Of a DNA stretch of 64,000 nt, positions 16,348 through 25,982 are shown piece by piece; position 1 is the first letter of the stretch; the number at the start of each line of letters is the position of its first letter. The position numbers and the translations under genes are program-made. The DNA lies in contig JBAQJF010000064.1 of the NCBI GenBank assembly GCA_049300195.1, forward strand, positions 710 to 64,709, in the 5' to 3' direction. Under the pieces are notes generated by a model. That model saw only the letters and a program-made list of their open reading frames with translations, ran no database searches and was not told the origin of the DNA. Origin of the DNA: Terriglobales bacterium (GTDB taxonomy: Bacteria; Acidobacteriota; Terriglobia; Terriglobales; Acidobacteriaceae).

Positions 16348-16605
16348 TTAAGCGACGTTACGCCGGCCTGCTCGATTGTTTTCGGCCGCAGCGTTTTTCG
16401 CCTCTTCCTTGTCCGCCTTGTCCGCTTGTTTCAGAGCGTCCTTACCGGCATCCTTCAACTTGCCGACTGCGTTCTGCACCTTTCCTTCCGCCTGTTTCGC
16501 GGTGCCGTGAACTTGCATTTTTTCGTTGTCACTCCATTCGCCAGCCTGCCGTTCCACGCGACCGGCCACATCCTTCATCTTGCCTTCCACGCGATCCTTA
16601 TTCAT
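16348..16605 (-). CDS. CsbD-family stress protein
   Basis: MNKDRVEGKMKDVAGRVERQAGEWSDNEKMQVHGTAKQAEGKVQNAVGKLKDAGKD is the classic CsbD repeat pattern. Confidence 0.9.
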   Translation of the reverse strand: MNKDRVEGKMKDVAGRVERQAGEWSDNEKMQVHGTAKQAEGKVQNAVGKLKDAGKDALKQADKADKEEAKNAAAENNRAGRRNVA

Positions 16606-16877
16606 TTGGAAATGATCTCCTTCATCGACGACGAATTATGAACCGTCACCGTCGTTTCGACTCTAAGCGCGCGTTCTGCCGCGGGCCATCGGGTCGAGTC
16701 TCTAGAATGGGGATGGACTGGCCTTAGGGCGTGCGGTTTGTAGGCTTCCCGGCAATTCCGGCCCCGTGCGAAGAAAGAATTACACGCGAGATCGTTACGT
16801 CTTTTCATTTAGTGTGAATCACTTAGCGTCTGGCACCATAGTTGCATTCATTGATCGCGCAAATGAGGAGGTTGACG

Positions 16878-17045
16878 ATGATCGAGAACAAAAGCACTGA
16901 TTGGCGCGAACTCTGCGCCGCTGCGGCGCGTGAGGAGGATGCCGAGAAATTGACGTGCCTCGTGAATCAAATCATCGAAGCGTTCGATCAATCGCTTCCG
17001 TCCCGAGATTCGAGTGGGCTTGCGCTCCCGGAGCACGCGGAGTAA
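16878..17045 (+). CDS. 55-aa 'DWRELC' small protein (paralog of 2106..2279)
   Basis: Internal ATG preceded by GAGGAGG. MIENKSTDWRELCAAAAREEDAEKLTCLVNQIIEAFDQ shares DWRELCxAAxxExDxEKL with the 2106 protein. Confidence 0.6.
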   Translation: MIENKSTDWRELCAAAAREEDAEKLTCLVNQIIEAFDQSLPSRDSSGLALPEHAE

Positions 17046-17176
17046 TCATTCACCGAGGCATGATCTAACTTTGTCCTCCGCCCTATTGCCGTTTTCTTTG
17101 GCGGAGATTTCGCTCTCACCGCGTCGCGCTTTCCCTGTGTCCGGGGCATATCTCCGGAACCGGATTCGTCTTCCTT

Positions 17177-19315
17177 TCACGCCGCCTGTGCATTCGTACC
17201 CGAATGCTGCAAGACTCTGTGCAGTTCTTTCTCGGCGTCGTGAGTGTAATGCCACACCCGGTGCCTGCCATAGCGCGTCAAGGTGGCAACATTTGTGCGG
17301 AACCAGCAGCATTGCGCCATCTTCGGAGAGAGCCCGCAAAAGAACCGAAATCTGCCTAATGCCGGAGAGGAAGCCTGAAGGGCCGCCACCAGGCGGTGGT
17401 TCCCGTCCAGAATGGTGAATGGTCCTCTCTCATCGAGGCCGATAAGCAAAACAGCGCCCGCCGCGTGGTCCCGATCGAGATGGTCGCGCAAGTCGTCAAT
17501 CTTCGCCAGAAACGCCGCGCTGGCGCCGGCGCGATAGCGCTCGTCGAAAATCCGTTGTGCGACCTGGGTAAGGTCGAAATGACCGGCCGCAAATCTTCGC
17601 CATTGCGCTCGCGGAAACACCCGAATGCGCTCCATATCCTGCGGTTCCATTTCAGCCTCGTACCATTCGGTATCGGCGGGTAGCTGCTTCCAGAGAGATC
17701 GATGTCGAACGTTGAAAAGCGCCCGCCGCACTTTATTCTGGCCCTCATGGTTCAGGTCGGGCGCGAGCACGAGATCATGAAGTGCGCTTTGATACTGCGC
17801 AAACTCGGGAGCGTTAAAATCCGTCTTCAGGAATTCGGCGATGACTTCGCTTTCCGTAACTGGCCGGCGGAGTTTGACAAAGCCTGGCACGATCGGTTTC
17901 TCATCATCGCTATTCCCTCGCAGGAGCGCGGTGAGATATGGAATCGAAACGCAAAGCACCAGGATCACCATCATGACAACCTGCACCCAGATCACCTGCG
18001 CGAGCGAAGAGTGAAACACATAGATCCCGCCTACCACGGCGGCGCCAACCAGTAACTGAAACCACCCGGTATTGGCGATCTTGCGCGACATCTCATACGC
18101 GATGAGAACCACACTCAGGCTGTATACGGAGGTGGACAATGCATACAGGATGAGAAGGTGGCGAAAGTCTCCGCCCCCGATGGTCCCGAATTGCGCGCCG
18201 AACAAACGCAGCCAGATCCAGCTCGGAGCCACCCGCAGACTCACAATGAAAATCACGCAAATACCGGAGACCATGAGCATGGTGAGCCCCAGTACGCCAT
18301 GATCGTCCTTTTTTCGATTGCCCGTTTGAGCGGCAATCGGAAACATGCTGTTGACGATCGACCACGAAAAAGCGAACACCACGCGCCCAACCATCGACAC
18401 GGCGGCATAAAGGCCCGCCACCCCCGGCGAGAAAAAGTGTTTGACCACCACGATGTCGCAATTATTGATAACGACCTGGCCCGCGAAGAAAACTGCTGCT
18501 TGCAGGCCCTCGCGGAAGTCGAAAGAGAGAGTACGCTCAGTGCTGCTCAGTTCGCTTAGGGCCGGCTGCGCAAAGAAATACGCCACGACTACTGCCGCCG
18601 CGTTGGCGGCAATCACTCCCGGAACGCCCAGCCCAAGCTTCATGAGCAATAGCGAGCCGAAGAGCCGCGTAAGCGCCTCGAGCACCAGGTTGCCGCCGAG
18701 ATGACGGAAGCTGCACGTCCCAAGGAGATAACCGCGCCGGGCGCCGAGAGGAACGTAGAAAATCGTGCCAATCGCCAGCAGCATGATCAGGAGCGGAGTC
18801 GGAATATTCAGATAGGCGGTGATTACGTTGCGGAGAAGCAAGAATAGCGAGCCCACCAAGATTCCGGCTGCCCATCCCCAGCGATGGAACTCCCGGTAGA
18901 CGAGACTCTGCTGCTCGGCCGTCGAACGCTGCGCTACGATTTTAGCGGTCAGAATCTGGAAGGAGAGCGTGACCGCCGAAGTTAGCACCAGCAGTGTATA
19001 AACCGCGGTCGTGTGCCCGTATGAAATGGGACCAAGAATTCTGGCTACCGCGATGTTGTACCCAAAGTTGGCGAGAGTAAGAATGCAGAGGGCCGTGAGG
19101 AGGATGGCGCTCCCGTTTAGTAACCGCTCGCGAGGCGTTCTGGTTGTCGCACCAATCCGCTCGATAATTCTCGAAGACACAATCGGGCTCCGGCTCCCAA
19201 GTGGCGTGGCGTAGTATCGATAGGCGCAAGGGGAGGCGCAAACCGATCCAAAGGAGTTGAGTTTCAGATGCGCCAGACGACTCTCTAGCTGCCCGCAAAT
19301 CGCATTGAAACCCAC
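17177..19315 (-). CDS. MOP/Wzx-type polysaccharide flippase-like membrane protein fused to a C-terminal cytoplasmic ParB/Srx-like domain
   Basis: About 470 aa of multi-TM sequence with the flippase-like N-terminus NFGYNIAVARILGPISYG. The soluble tail of about 235 aa contains ERIRVFPRAQWRR ... GPFTILDGNHRLVAAL (ParB/sulfiredoxin DGxHR motif). The start is uncertain; an in-frame GTG at 19180 with GGAG upstream is plausible. Confidence 0.7.
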   Translation of the reverse strand: MGFNAICGQLESRLAHLKLNSFGSVCASPCAYRYYATPLGSRSPIVSSRIIERIGATTRTPRERLLNGSAILLTALCILTLANFGYNIAVARILGPISYGHTTAVYTLLVLTSAVTLSFQILTAKIVAQRSTAEQQSLVYREFHRWGWAAGILVGSLFLLLRNVITAYLNIPTPLLIMLLAIGTIFYVPLGARRGYLLGTCSFRHLGGNLVLEALTRLFGSLLLMKLGLGVPGVIAANAAAVVVAYFFAQPALSELSSTERTLSFDFREGLQAAVFFAGQVVINNCDIVVVKHFFSPGVAGLYAAVSMVGRVVFAFSWSIVNSMFPIAAQTGNRKKDDHGVLGLTMLMVSGICVIFIVSLRVAPSWIWLRLFGAQFGTIGGGDFRHLLILYALSTSVYSLSVVLIAYEMSRKIANTGWFQLLVGAAVVGGIYVFHSSLAQVIWVQVVMMVILVLCVSIPYLTALLRGNSDDEKPIVPGFVKLRRPVTESEVIAEFLKTDFNAPEFAQYQSALHDLVLAPDLNHEGQNKVRRALFNVRHRSLWKQLPADTEWYEAEMEPQDMERIRVFPRAQWRRFAAGHFDLTQVAQRIFDERYRAGASAAFLAKIDDLRDHLDRDHAAGAVLLIGLDERGPFTILDGNHRLVAALQASSPALGRFRFFCGLSPKMAQCCWFRTNVATLTRYGRHRVWHYTHDAEKELHRVLQHSGTNAQAA

Positions 19316-19369
19316 GCATTTCGCTGCAACCCAAACTCCCGCGTCGACCCTCTAATCGGTTAGTCGCCA

Positions 19370-20353
19370 ATGGCTTTTTCTTCATTAGCTACAGTCGTAG
19401 TTTTGACGCTGCTTGCCTTCGATGGCTGCACTCATTCCGGCTTGCACGGCGCCTTTCGTGAGTCGGCTCCCAGAGGCGGCGGCGCGCCCACCAAGGTCCT
19501 GGCCGTCTATGAGTCCTGGTTCGGCCATCCCAAACACATCAATGTCGGCTATTCATCGCAGGACCCGGTGACAGTCAAGAAGCAGATTGAAGAAGCGAAA
19601 AAGCTCGGAATCTCAGGATTCGTTGTGGACTGGTACGGCGATCGGGAGCCTTTCATCGATAAAGCTTACGCGCTGATGCAATCGCAGGCGGCGGAGCAGA
19701 ACTTCTCAGTCGCCATGATGTACGACGAGACCGATTATGAAACCGGCCCGGCCACTGACGACGCGCTGGTCGCGTTCGACTCCTTTCACGAAAAGTACCT
19801 TGCTCCCGGAGCCGCTGGTAGCCAGGCCTATCTGACTTATCAAGGGCGGCCGGTAATTTTCATTTTCCCTAAGGCCAATCACACCGACTGGAGCCGCGTG
19901 CGCGCCGAGGTTAACCGGTGGAGTACGCCTCCTCTACTGATTTTCGAGTACCGGAAAAGCCAGTATGCGGCGGACTTCGATGGATTCTATGCATGGATCA
20001 ATCCGGGCAAGAAGGGCTGGGCGGCCGACGGAAGCCATTGGGGCGAGGACTATCTCCGCGCCTTCTATCAGACGATGCAGTCGAAATATCCGGATAAGAT
20101 CCCGATTGGCGCGGCCTGGGCGGGATTTGACGACCGGAAAGCGTCCTGGAGCTTGAGCCGGTACATCTCGCAACGATGCGGCAAGACACTGTCTGACACG
20201 ATGAAGATTTCGCGCGAGTATTATCCCGCCGATGATCCAGTTCCCTTCCTGTTGATTGCTACCTGGAATGACTACGAAGAGGGCACAGCTATTGAGCGTG
20301 GCTCCTCGAAATGCGATGGCGGAAGCGGAACCCACAGTTCAGCAACGGAATAA
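19370..20353 (+). CDS. exported (possibly lipoprotein) glycoside hydrolase, GH99-like fold
   Basis: Signal peptide with LAFDGC. YSSQDPVTVKKQIEEAKKLGISGFVVDWYGD and ATWNDYEEGTAIE resemble the GH99 WYG and NEWHEGT motifs. The family assignment is tentative. Confidence 0.55.
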   Translation: MAFSSLATVVVLTLLAFDGCTHSGLHGAFRESAPRGGGAPTKVLAVYESWFGHPKHINVGYSSQDPVTVKKQIEEAKKLGISGFVVDWYGDREPFIDKAYALMQSQAAEQNFSVAMMYDETDYETGPATDDALVAFDSFHEKYLAPGAAGSQAYLTYQGRPVIFIFPKANHTDWSRVRAEVNRWSTPPLLIFEYRKSQYAADFDGFYAWINPGKKGWAADGSHWGEDYLRAFYQTMQSKYPDKIPIGAAWAGFDDRKASWSLSRYISQRCGKTLSDTMKISREYYPADDPVPFLLIATWNDYEEGTAIERGSSKCDGGSGTHSSATE

Positions 20354-20393
20354 ATGACGCCGCCGGGCGGGCGCGTCGGGAGTCCACCGGAGT

Positions 20394-21449
20394 TCAAGCC
20401 GCCGGATACATGCTCCCCGCGTTTGCGTCGCTCAGATTAACCTCTTGTTCGCTGGAGTCAGCGAGACTGATTCCTCGCTCCGATCTCAACCCCGTGGACG
20501 CAAATACCTGCTCACCTTGATAGACGCGACTGATAATCGAGAGCGGGCGAGCCCTAACTTCATCGTAGACACGTCCGAGATATTCGCCCATGATCCCGAG
20601 ACACAACAGCGGCAAGCTACCCATCAGGAACATCGTCGCGAACAAGGCATAGAACATTCCATTCGTGGTTGAGGCGACGGCAGCAATCCCAAAGCCCATT
20701 GCCGCCGCGAACGATGCGGCCGCCAGAACGAACATCATCCGCAGAGGCTTGTAGCTGAAGCTGGTGATCGCATCCATCGCATACTTGATGCGGCTCATGA
20801 AGCTAAGCTTGCCGTCGCCGCCAATGCGATCCTGGCGGTCGTAATAAACAATGGCGTTGCGATAACCGACCCATGCTCGGAGGCCGGGGAGATAGCGATT
20901 GCCCTCACGCAGGCCATTGAGAGAGTCGAGCACCTGGCGGTCAAACAAGCCAAAAATGCCGGCGTTCAGAGGAATCGGAAAGTCGGAGACTGCGCCCATG
21001 ATCTTATAGAAGAGCGGGAAAAGCACGGCCAGCAGTTTTCGGCTTTCCTTACGGCTGCGTCGAACGGCCGTCACTACTTGTGCGCCGTCGTGCCACGCGT
21101 CCACCAGCCTGGGCACGACCTCGGGTGGATCCTGTAGATCTCCATCCATCAGCACAATGGCGTCGCCGCGGGCAATTTGGAGACCGGCGTGGACTGCGCC
21201 GGCGTGTCCCCAGTTACGCGATAGATCCACGACGACCACGTGCGGGTCACGCGCTTGCAATTGACGAAGCAAATCGAGCGATGAATCCTTCGAGCCGTCG
21301 TTCACATAAACGACCTCCCAAAGCTCGTCGATTTCGTTCATCGCGCTGCTGACGGCATCGTGAAGGATCGATAGGATTTCCTCTTCGTTGTAGATCGGGA
21401 TGACGACCGAAATCACGTCTGGGCTCCTGGTTGCTGACTTACACTGCAT
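20394..21449 (-). CDS. GT2 polyprenyl-phosphate glycosyltransferase (GtrB/ArnC/CsbB-like) with two C-terminal TM helices
   Basis: VVIPIYNEEE, YVNDGSKD, LMDGDLQDPPE (DxD region), and C-terminal hydrophobic segments. Confidence 0.85.
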   Translation of the reverse strand: MQCKSATRSPDVISVVIPIYNEEEILSILHDAVSSAMNEIDELWEVVYVNDGSKDSSLDLLRQLQARDPHVVVVDLSRNWGHAGAVHAGLQIARGDAIVLMDGDLQDPPEVVPRLVDAWHDGAQVVTAVRRSRKESRKLLAVLFPLFYKIMGAVSDFPIPLNAGIFGLFDRQVLDSLNGLREGNRYLPGLRAWVGYRNAIVYYDRQDRIGGDGKLSFMSRIKYAMDAITSFSYKPLRMMFVLAAASFAAAMGFGIAAVASTTNGMFYALFATMFLMGSLPLLCLGIMGEYLGRVYDEVRARPLSIISRVYQGEQVFASTGLRSERGISLADSSEQEVNLSDANAGSMYPAA

Positions 21450-21493
21450 CGAACTTATGGTGCGAGATCAAAACAAATAAAAGCCGTTGAAGG

Positions 21494-22009
21494 CTATGGT
21501 GTTCCTGCCTGGAACACTCGCACCTTCCATCGGGTTTCGGCCGGGCTTAGGACGGCTACGTAACGCGTCCGGACATGCTCCGATCCCAGCGATTGATCGC
21601 CCTTCCGCACATTCACGTCGTATTCAACTTCGTCCAAAAGCTGGATCGACAATCCCTCGGGCGAATAGAACACAACTTTGATGTCATGCGACGTGGGCAG
21701 GTAGCTTGTCTCGATTCCGAGGCTCTCCTGTTCGTGAACGGTCTCAGCCAGCTTCTCTTTTGCCTTGCCGACGAAGACCGCATCCAGCAGATCCGGCCGG
21801 TTCTGGGTCATAGCTTCGTCCATGGTCTGCCACGCCAGTAGGTAGTCGCGAATCACCGAGGATTGGGTTTGCGGTTCCATCGTGCGTGGCCCCACCGAAT
21901 CCATTGGGGCGACGTGTACCGTTGGTCCTGTAGAGGCCGAGAGCAGCACGGCGGCAAGAATCGCGCCGCTGACTGGAAGCAACATCGCCAGTTTGCTCGC
22001 GGCCTTCAT
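21494..22009 (-). CDS. exported hypothetical protein (NTF2/Tim44-like guess)
   Basis: Signal peptide MKAASKLAMLLPVSGAILAAVLL. Its start overlaps the upstream stop by 4 bp. Confidence 0.6.
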   Translation of the reverse strand: MKAASKLAMLLPVSGAILAAVLLSASTGPTVHVAPMDSVGPRTMEPQTQSSVIRDYLLAWQTMDEAMTQNRPDLLDAVFVGKAKEKLAETVHEQESLGIETSYLPTSHDIKVVFYSPEGLSIQLLDEVEYDVNVRKGDQSLGSEHVRTRYVAVLSPAETRWKVRVFQAGTP

Positions 22010-22887
22010 CGCCCGCTCCAGCGAATCTCATTACCCAAGACAACTCCCGCCGCCGCGGAGATCAGTGCACCATTTTCAGCGGGTAGCTCGGTTTGGGCTA
22101 TGCCGCGCTTCAAGGGCACATCGACGGTCGAAACGCCGCCCTTGTACGTTTCCGTGAAGCTCACAATCGTGCCGTCGGGAACTGGATTGCCACTGCAATC
22201 GCGAACCGGATCGGTCTGCAACAGCACTCTTTGACCCGAGACAGGGCGCGCAGTCATCCGAATCGAGCAGGGATCGCCCGCAACCTGTTCGATGACACGG
22301 GTGGCGTGAACGCCGTCCAGTTTTGCCTCAAAATGAGCCGCGCCCGCTTTGGGCGCAGAATTCATTTCCACGAATGCGACGCCATCGTGGCTCATTGCAT
22401 TCCGCGATTGCGCCCCACCCGTTGCATCGGCCAGTTGGAATGCGACGTCCTCGGGCTTCATTACGAGGTTGCCGAACACGTCGAAAATGTAAGTGACTCC
22501 GCTGATGCCATCCTTGCGGTTCACCGCCAGCCGCGAAGGCTTTGCCAGAAAACTCAGTGACGCAGGCTGGGTAGAGGCAACGACATCGAACTGCGTTGAC
22601 TCGGAGGACGAGCCTACGGCCAGGATCGCCACGTAATGTCCTGCGTTGTGCAGGTCATCGGCCCCAAAGGAAATCTGTTCTCCCAGCTGGACTTTACGCT
22701 CGAGAGCGTCGCCCGGTCCTACGATGTATAAGCTCGCCGAGCCCGAGCCCGAAGTCGGGACTGAGAATGCCGTGCCCGCTTCGACTTTTGCGGGGAACCG
22801 CAAATCCGACTGCGCAGTGCCAATGCGCGTGAATGAGAACGCAAGCGATACCGCCAGCGCACATAGCAATGGGATTCGTGCCGTCAT
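22006..22887 (-). CDS. exported hypothetical protein, beta-rich (Ig-like repeats likely)
   Basis: Signal peptide MTARIPLLCALAVSLAFSFTRIGTAQS. It has 4-bp overlaps with both neighbours. Confidence 0.6.
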   Translation of the reverse strand: MTARIPLLCALAVSLAFSFTRIGTAQSDLRFPAKVEAGTAFSVPTSGSGSASLYIVGPGDALERKVQLGEQISFGADDLHNAGHYVAILAVGSSSESTQFDVVASTQPASLSFLAKPSRLAVNRKDGISGVTYIFDVFGNLVMKPEDVAFQLADATGGAQSRNAMSHDGVAFVEMNSAPKAGAAHFEAKLDGVHATRVIEQVAGDPCSIRMTARPVSGQRVLLQTDPVRDCSGNPVPDGTIVSFTETYKGGVSTVDVPLKRGIAQTELPAENGALISAAAGVVLGNEIRWSGR

Positions 22888-24092
22888 TGGATGCGACTCG
22901 AAATGTAGCTCGTGGTCACCACGCGAAAGGTCTTGACCTTGTCGGAAATGTCGGCGGGCAGCGAAATCTTAAACGGCACCGGCGTCCCGGGCAGCAGCGC
23001 GCGGCTCGGATATTCGTCCGCGACCCAGACGATCTGTCCGTTGCCGTCATAGAACGTGCCGATCACATGAGCTACGTTCACGACTTGCCCGCTCTGATTG
23101 ACGAGCTGTCCTGTCAGCGAAGGGTCGGGCAAAGGGTTCAGCTTCTGCGATTCAATGCCGATCACCGGATCGGCCGATGCAGGCACGAGGTTGGATGACG
23201 GCTGCATGCGAACGCTGTCTACCTGAGACATGCGGACGTTGTGAAAGTCGATGCGGAACGGCGTAACCTGCTTGGGCAAGAGGACGTGAGAAATCTTCTC
23301 GAAGGCATCTTCGGTCCCGAGCGCAGCGCCCTTATGGTCAAGCAGAGTCGCCTTCACGGTGACAAATGCCGGCACCACGTCTTCGTTCAACAGCTCGCCC
23401 ATGAGAATCACCTCACCGGCCCGGCCCACCGGGTGCATGGCGACGATGCGGACATGCGGCGCTTCGACGTCCTGGGCGCCCCAATCGTCCTCCGGCCCGC
23501 GATAGATCACATCCCAGCGCAAATAGTTCACGGGAATGACCTGCGGCGGCACTCTGGGCTCCTTAACGATCGGCCAATTCACTTCCCATCGCCTGCCGTT
23601 CTTGACGACGCGCAAATCGCGTGAATCTTCAAATGTTCCTACCACCGATGACCAGAGCAGGTGTGCGCGAATCACCGCCTGATCGGCCGAAGCGTGCAGC
23701 GGTTGAAGGTCAAACTGATTGAGCATCGCGTAGCTGCGAAGACTGCCATAGTCGCCCGTGAGATCGCTTTTAAAATCCGTCTCACTGAACTCACCCTTAT
23801 TGCCAAGGAGTTCATACGCGGAATGCCACTCGCGACGGGAAATTTGCTGCAACACATCGTTCACCGCCTCCTGCGGTGTCGAGGCTGAGATGATGAACTT
23901 CGCATCCGGCTCCGCGACACCCGACTCTTCCTGGTTCGGCCAGATAGTTCCGATCGCAACCAGCGCGAGGGTCGCAACAACGAGAATTACCGCGAAGATA
24001 ACGCCGTTGCGTTTGCGGCCTTTGTTCTTCCCATTCTCCGAGTTGCCGCGTTCAGCATTTCCGGGATCGAGGTCTCGAAACTCTGCGCTCAT
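22884..24092 (-). CDS. membrane-anchored periplasmic hypothetical protein
   Basis: Start taken at MSAEFRDL. Its ATG overlaps the TGA of the upstream gene (ATGA). A Lys/Arg-rich N-terminus is followed by the TM helix VIFAVILVVATLALVAIGTIW. The longer 24254 start would overlap the upstream gene by 165 nt. Confidence 0.65.
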   Translation of the reverse strand: MSAEFRDLDPGNAERGNSENGKNKGRKRNGVIFAVILVVATLALVAIGTIWPNQEESGVAEPDAKFIISASTPQEAVNDVLQQISRREWHSAYELLGNKGEFSETDFKSDLTGDYGSLRSYAMLNQFDLQPLHASADQAVIRAHLLWSSVVGTFEDSRDLRVVKNGRRWEVNWPIVKEPRVPPQVIPVNYLRWDVIYRGPEDDWGAQDVEAPHVRIVAMHPVGRAGEVILMGELLNEDVVPAFVTVKATLLDHKGAALGTEDAFEKISHVLLPKQVTPFRIDFHNVRMSQVDSVRMQPSSNLVPASADPVIGIESQKLNPLPDPSLTGQLVNQSGQVVNVAHVIGTFYDGNGQIVWVADEYPSRALLPGTPVPFKISLPADISDKVKTFRVVTTSYISSRIQ

Positions 24093-25939
24093 GAGATGAA
24101 TCTCCCTACCACGAGGTCGTGTTCGGCGCCCGCAGTTGGCTTGGCCGGTGGCCTCACCTCTTCCACCATCCGGCGACGATCCGGAATTAGCACAAGGAAA
24201 ATCGCCACAATGCTGCTTCCAAACGGAAGAATGCCCCACATAATTCCTTGCCACTCAGGAGGCCGCTGGGGCGAGTCGATGGGAGTAGCCGGAGCGACGT
24301 TATCGCGCGCCCAGATCGCAATTGTGCGGTCCTCCACCGTCTCAATGCGCCGCCAGCCGGAAAAGACGAGGAGCGGCTCGTAGTAAGGTTCTTTGACGAA
24401 AACCCATTTCAGCCCGTAACGGTCGGCATGTCGAAGGACGGCAATGAGCGCATCCATACCACCTTTGCCGAAATACTTGGAACTCGTCAGCGCGCCCGCG
24501 CCATGCTCCGTCAGTTCCGGCAGCAATCGACCGGAGTTCCACTCGCCGTCCACGCTGCCGGCGTCGGTAAGCATTGCCAGCCGCGAGATCTGATTGCCGA
24601 AGCCGAGAGTGATGTAACGATACTTGTCATGTCCATCGCGATTCAGCCACGCGGCCAACGAGTCGACCTTGAAATCGTCGACCGCCGCCGGGCGCACAGT
24701 TGCCCACGCGACTGCTCCGGCGCAGGTCAAGCCAGCCGCAACTACCATCGCCGCGACCGCACGCCAACGACGTCGACTAACCAGTTCCTCAGCCAATAGC
24801 CCAATAAAGGGCAATGCGAGAATTGTTGCCCAGTAGCTGAAGCGCTCCATCGTCAATACTTCATAGGCGCGCGCGAGCAGAATCCGGGCCACAGGCGTCG
24901 TCGCTCCCAGCCCAATGAGGAAAGCGACCCAAAAACCGAGAAGAAGGGGGCGCAGCCGTGGGATTGAGGAGCCCCGCATGAAGATGAATGGCAGCGCCAG
25001 GATCATCGCCCCATAGGGAATGATGAAGTAATTGAAGCCTAAAGCCGGATTCAAAATGTAGTTCGCGCGGCTGGGATGAGGAATCGGAACCTGTGTAACT
25101 GGATACTTGATAAGTGCTAGCCAGAACGGCAGAAGCACGACCGCGACGAGCACCCCAATGGTAGCGGTAACAAGCGCAGTGCGAAAAATGAAACCCTTCG
25201 CGTAAGCCCGGTGATCTTCCCGGTGCTGCCGCCGGAGGTCGTAAATTGCGAGCGCGAGGACGGGAAGCGCGAAAAAGAAAGATCCAAACAGCAGAGTCGC
25301 GTGGTGAGCCGCGGCGGCTGCAACCGCCAGTGCCGTTCCTTTCAAAAACGATCGCCAGTTGTTTTCCCGGATCCACTCATAAATGTAAGGCAGCGCGTTC
25401 AGGTAAAGAGGAGCGGCACAAGTCGTGGCCAGCTGTCCGGCGGCATAAACCAGGAATGTTTCTGAACCGATAAATATGCTGGCCAGCGCCGCATAAGAGG
25501 CGGCGCGGCGGTCGACAAACAAACTGGCGAAGCGGTAGACGCCCAGCGCCAGCAGCAGGATGCCAGCAAACTGCACGAGCATGTAGCCCATATTGAGCCC
25601 GACTACGTGCGAGATGACCGCAATCCATTGTTGCGGCAATGGAGGATATGTGGTCTGTGAAAAACCGGCGTACCATTTCGTGTTCCACGGATCGAACCAG
25701 TGTTGCGCGTAATGCGACGCAAAGAAGATATGGAAGTTCGTGTCGTACGACCGCAGAGGAAGCTGCATCAGCAGCAAGGGTCCATGAACGAGGAACGCCA
25801 TCAAAAAAATAAAGCTGAGCGGCAAAGGACGGTCGGCACGGTCGACGAAGTCTAGCCTTGGCACAATTTTCCTCCGATTGCCCATCTTGGATTGTCCACG
25901 CCACAGACTGGTTGCTTGGCGAACGGTGCCGGGTTGCAC
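24089..25939 (-). CDS. GT-C-fold integral membrane glycosyltransferase-like protein (YfhO/ArnT-like logic)
   Basis: About 11-13 TM helices followed by a soluble C-terminal domain of about 170 aa and a final TM helix. The first loop is SYDTNFHIFFASHY. The start is either the GTG at 25939 or the ATG at 25885. Confidence 0.6.
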   Translation of the reverse strand: MQPGTVRQATSLWRGQSKMGNRRKIVPRLDFVDRADRPLPLSFIFLMAFLVHGPLLLMQLPLRSYDTNFHIFFASHYAQHWFDPWNTKWYAGFSQTTYPPLPQQWIAVISHVVGLNMGYMLVQFAGILLLALGVYRFASLFVDRRAASYAALASIFIGSETFLVYAAGQLATTCAAPLYLNALPYIYEWIRENNWRSFLKGTALAVAAAAAHHATLLFGSFFFALPVLALAIYDLRRQHREDHRAYAKGFIFRTALVTATIGVLVAVVLLPFWLALIKYPVTQVPIPHPSRANYILNPALGFNYFIIPYGAMILALPFIFMRGSSIPRLRPLLLGFWVAFLIGLGATTPVARILLARAYEVLTMERFSYWATILALPFIGLLAEELVSRRRWRAVAAMVVAAGLTCAGAVAWATVRPAAVDDFKVDSLAAWLNRDGHDKYRYITLGFGNQISRLAMLTDAGSVDGEWNSGRLLPELTEHGAGALTSSKYFGKGGMDALIAVLRHADRYGLKWVFVKEPYYEPLLVFSGWRRIETVEDRTIAIWARDNVAPATPIDSPQRPPEWQGIMWGILPFGSSIVAIFLVLIPDRRRMVEEVRPPAKPTAGAEHDLVVGRFIS

Positions 25940-25982
25940 GAGTTTCCGGAGCTAATCCCTCCTCAGCCAACATTGGGGTTCG

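Noticed and set aside
22884-24254. The long 456-aa version of the ORF starting at 24254.
   Set aside because: The extra 54 codons overlap the upstream GT-C gene by 165 nt and encode an Arg/Gly-rich segment. The ATG at 24092 forms an ATGA overlap with the upstream stop and precedes a sensible cytoplasmic tail plus TM helix.
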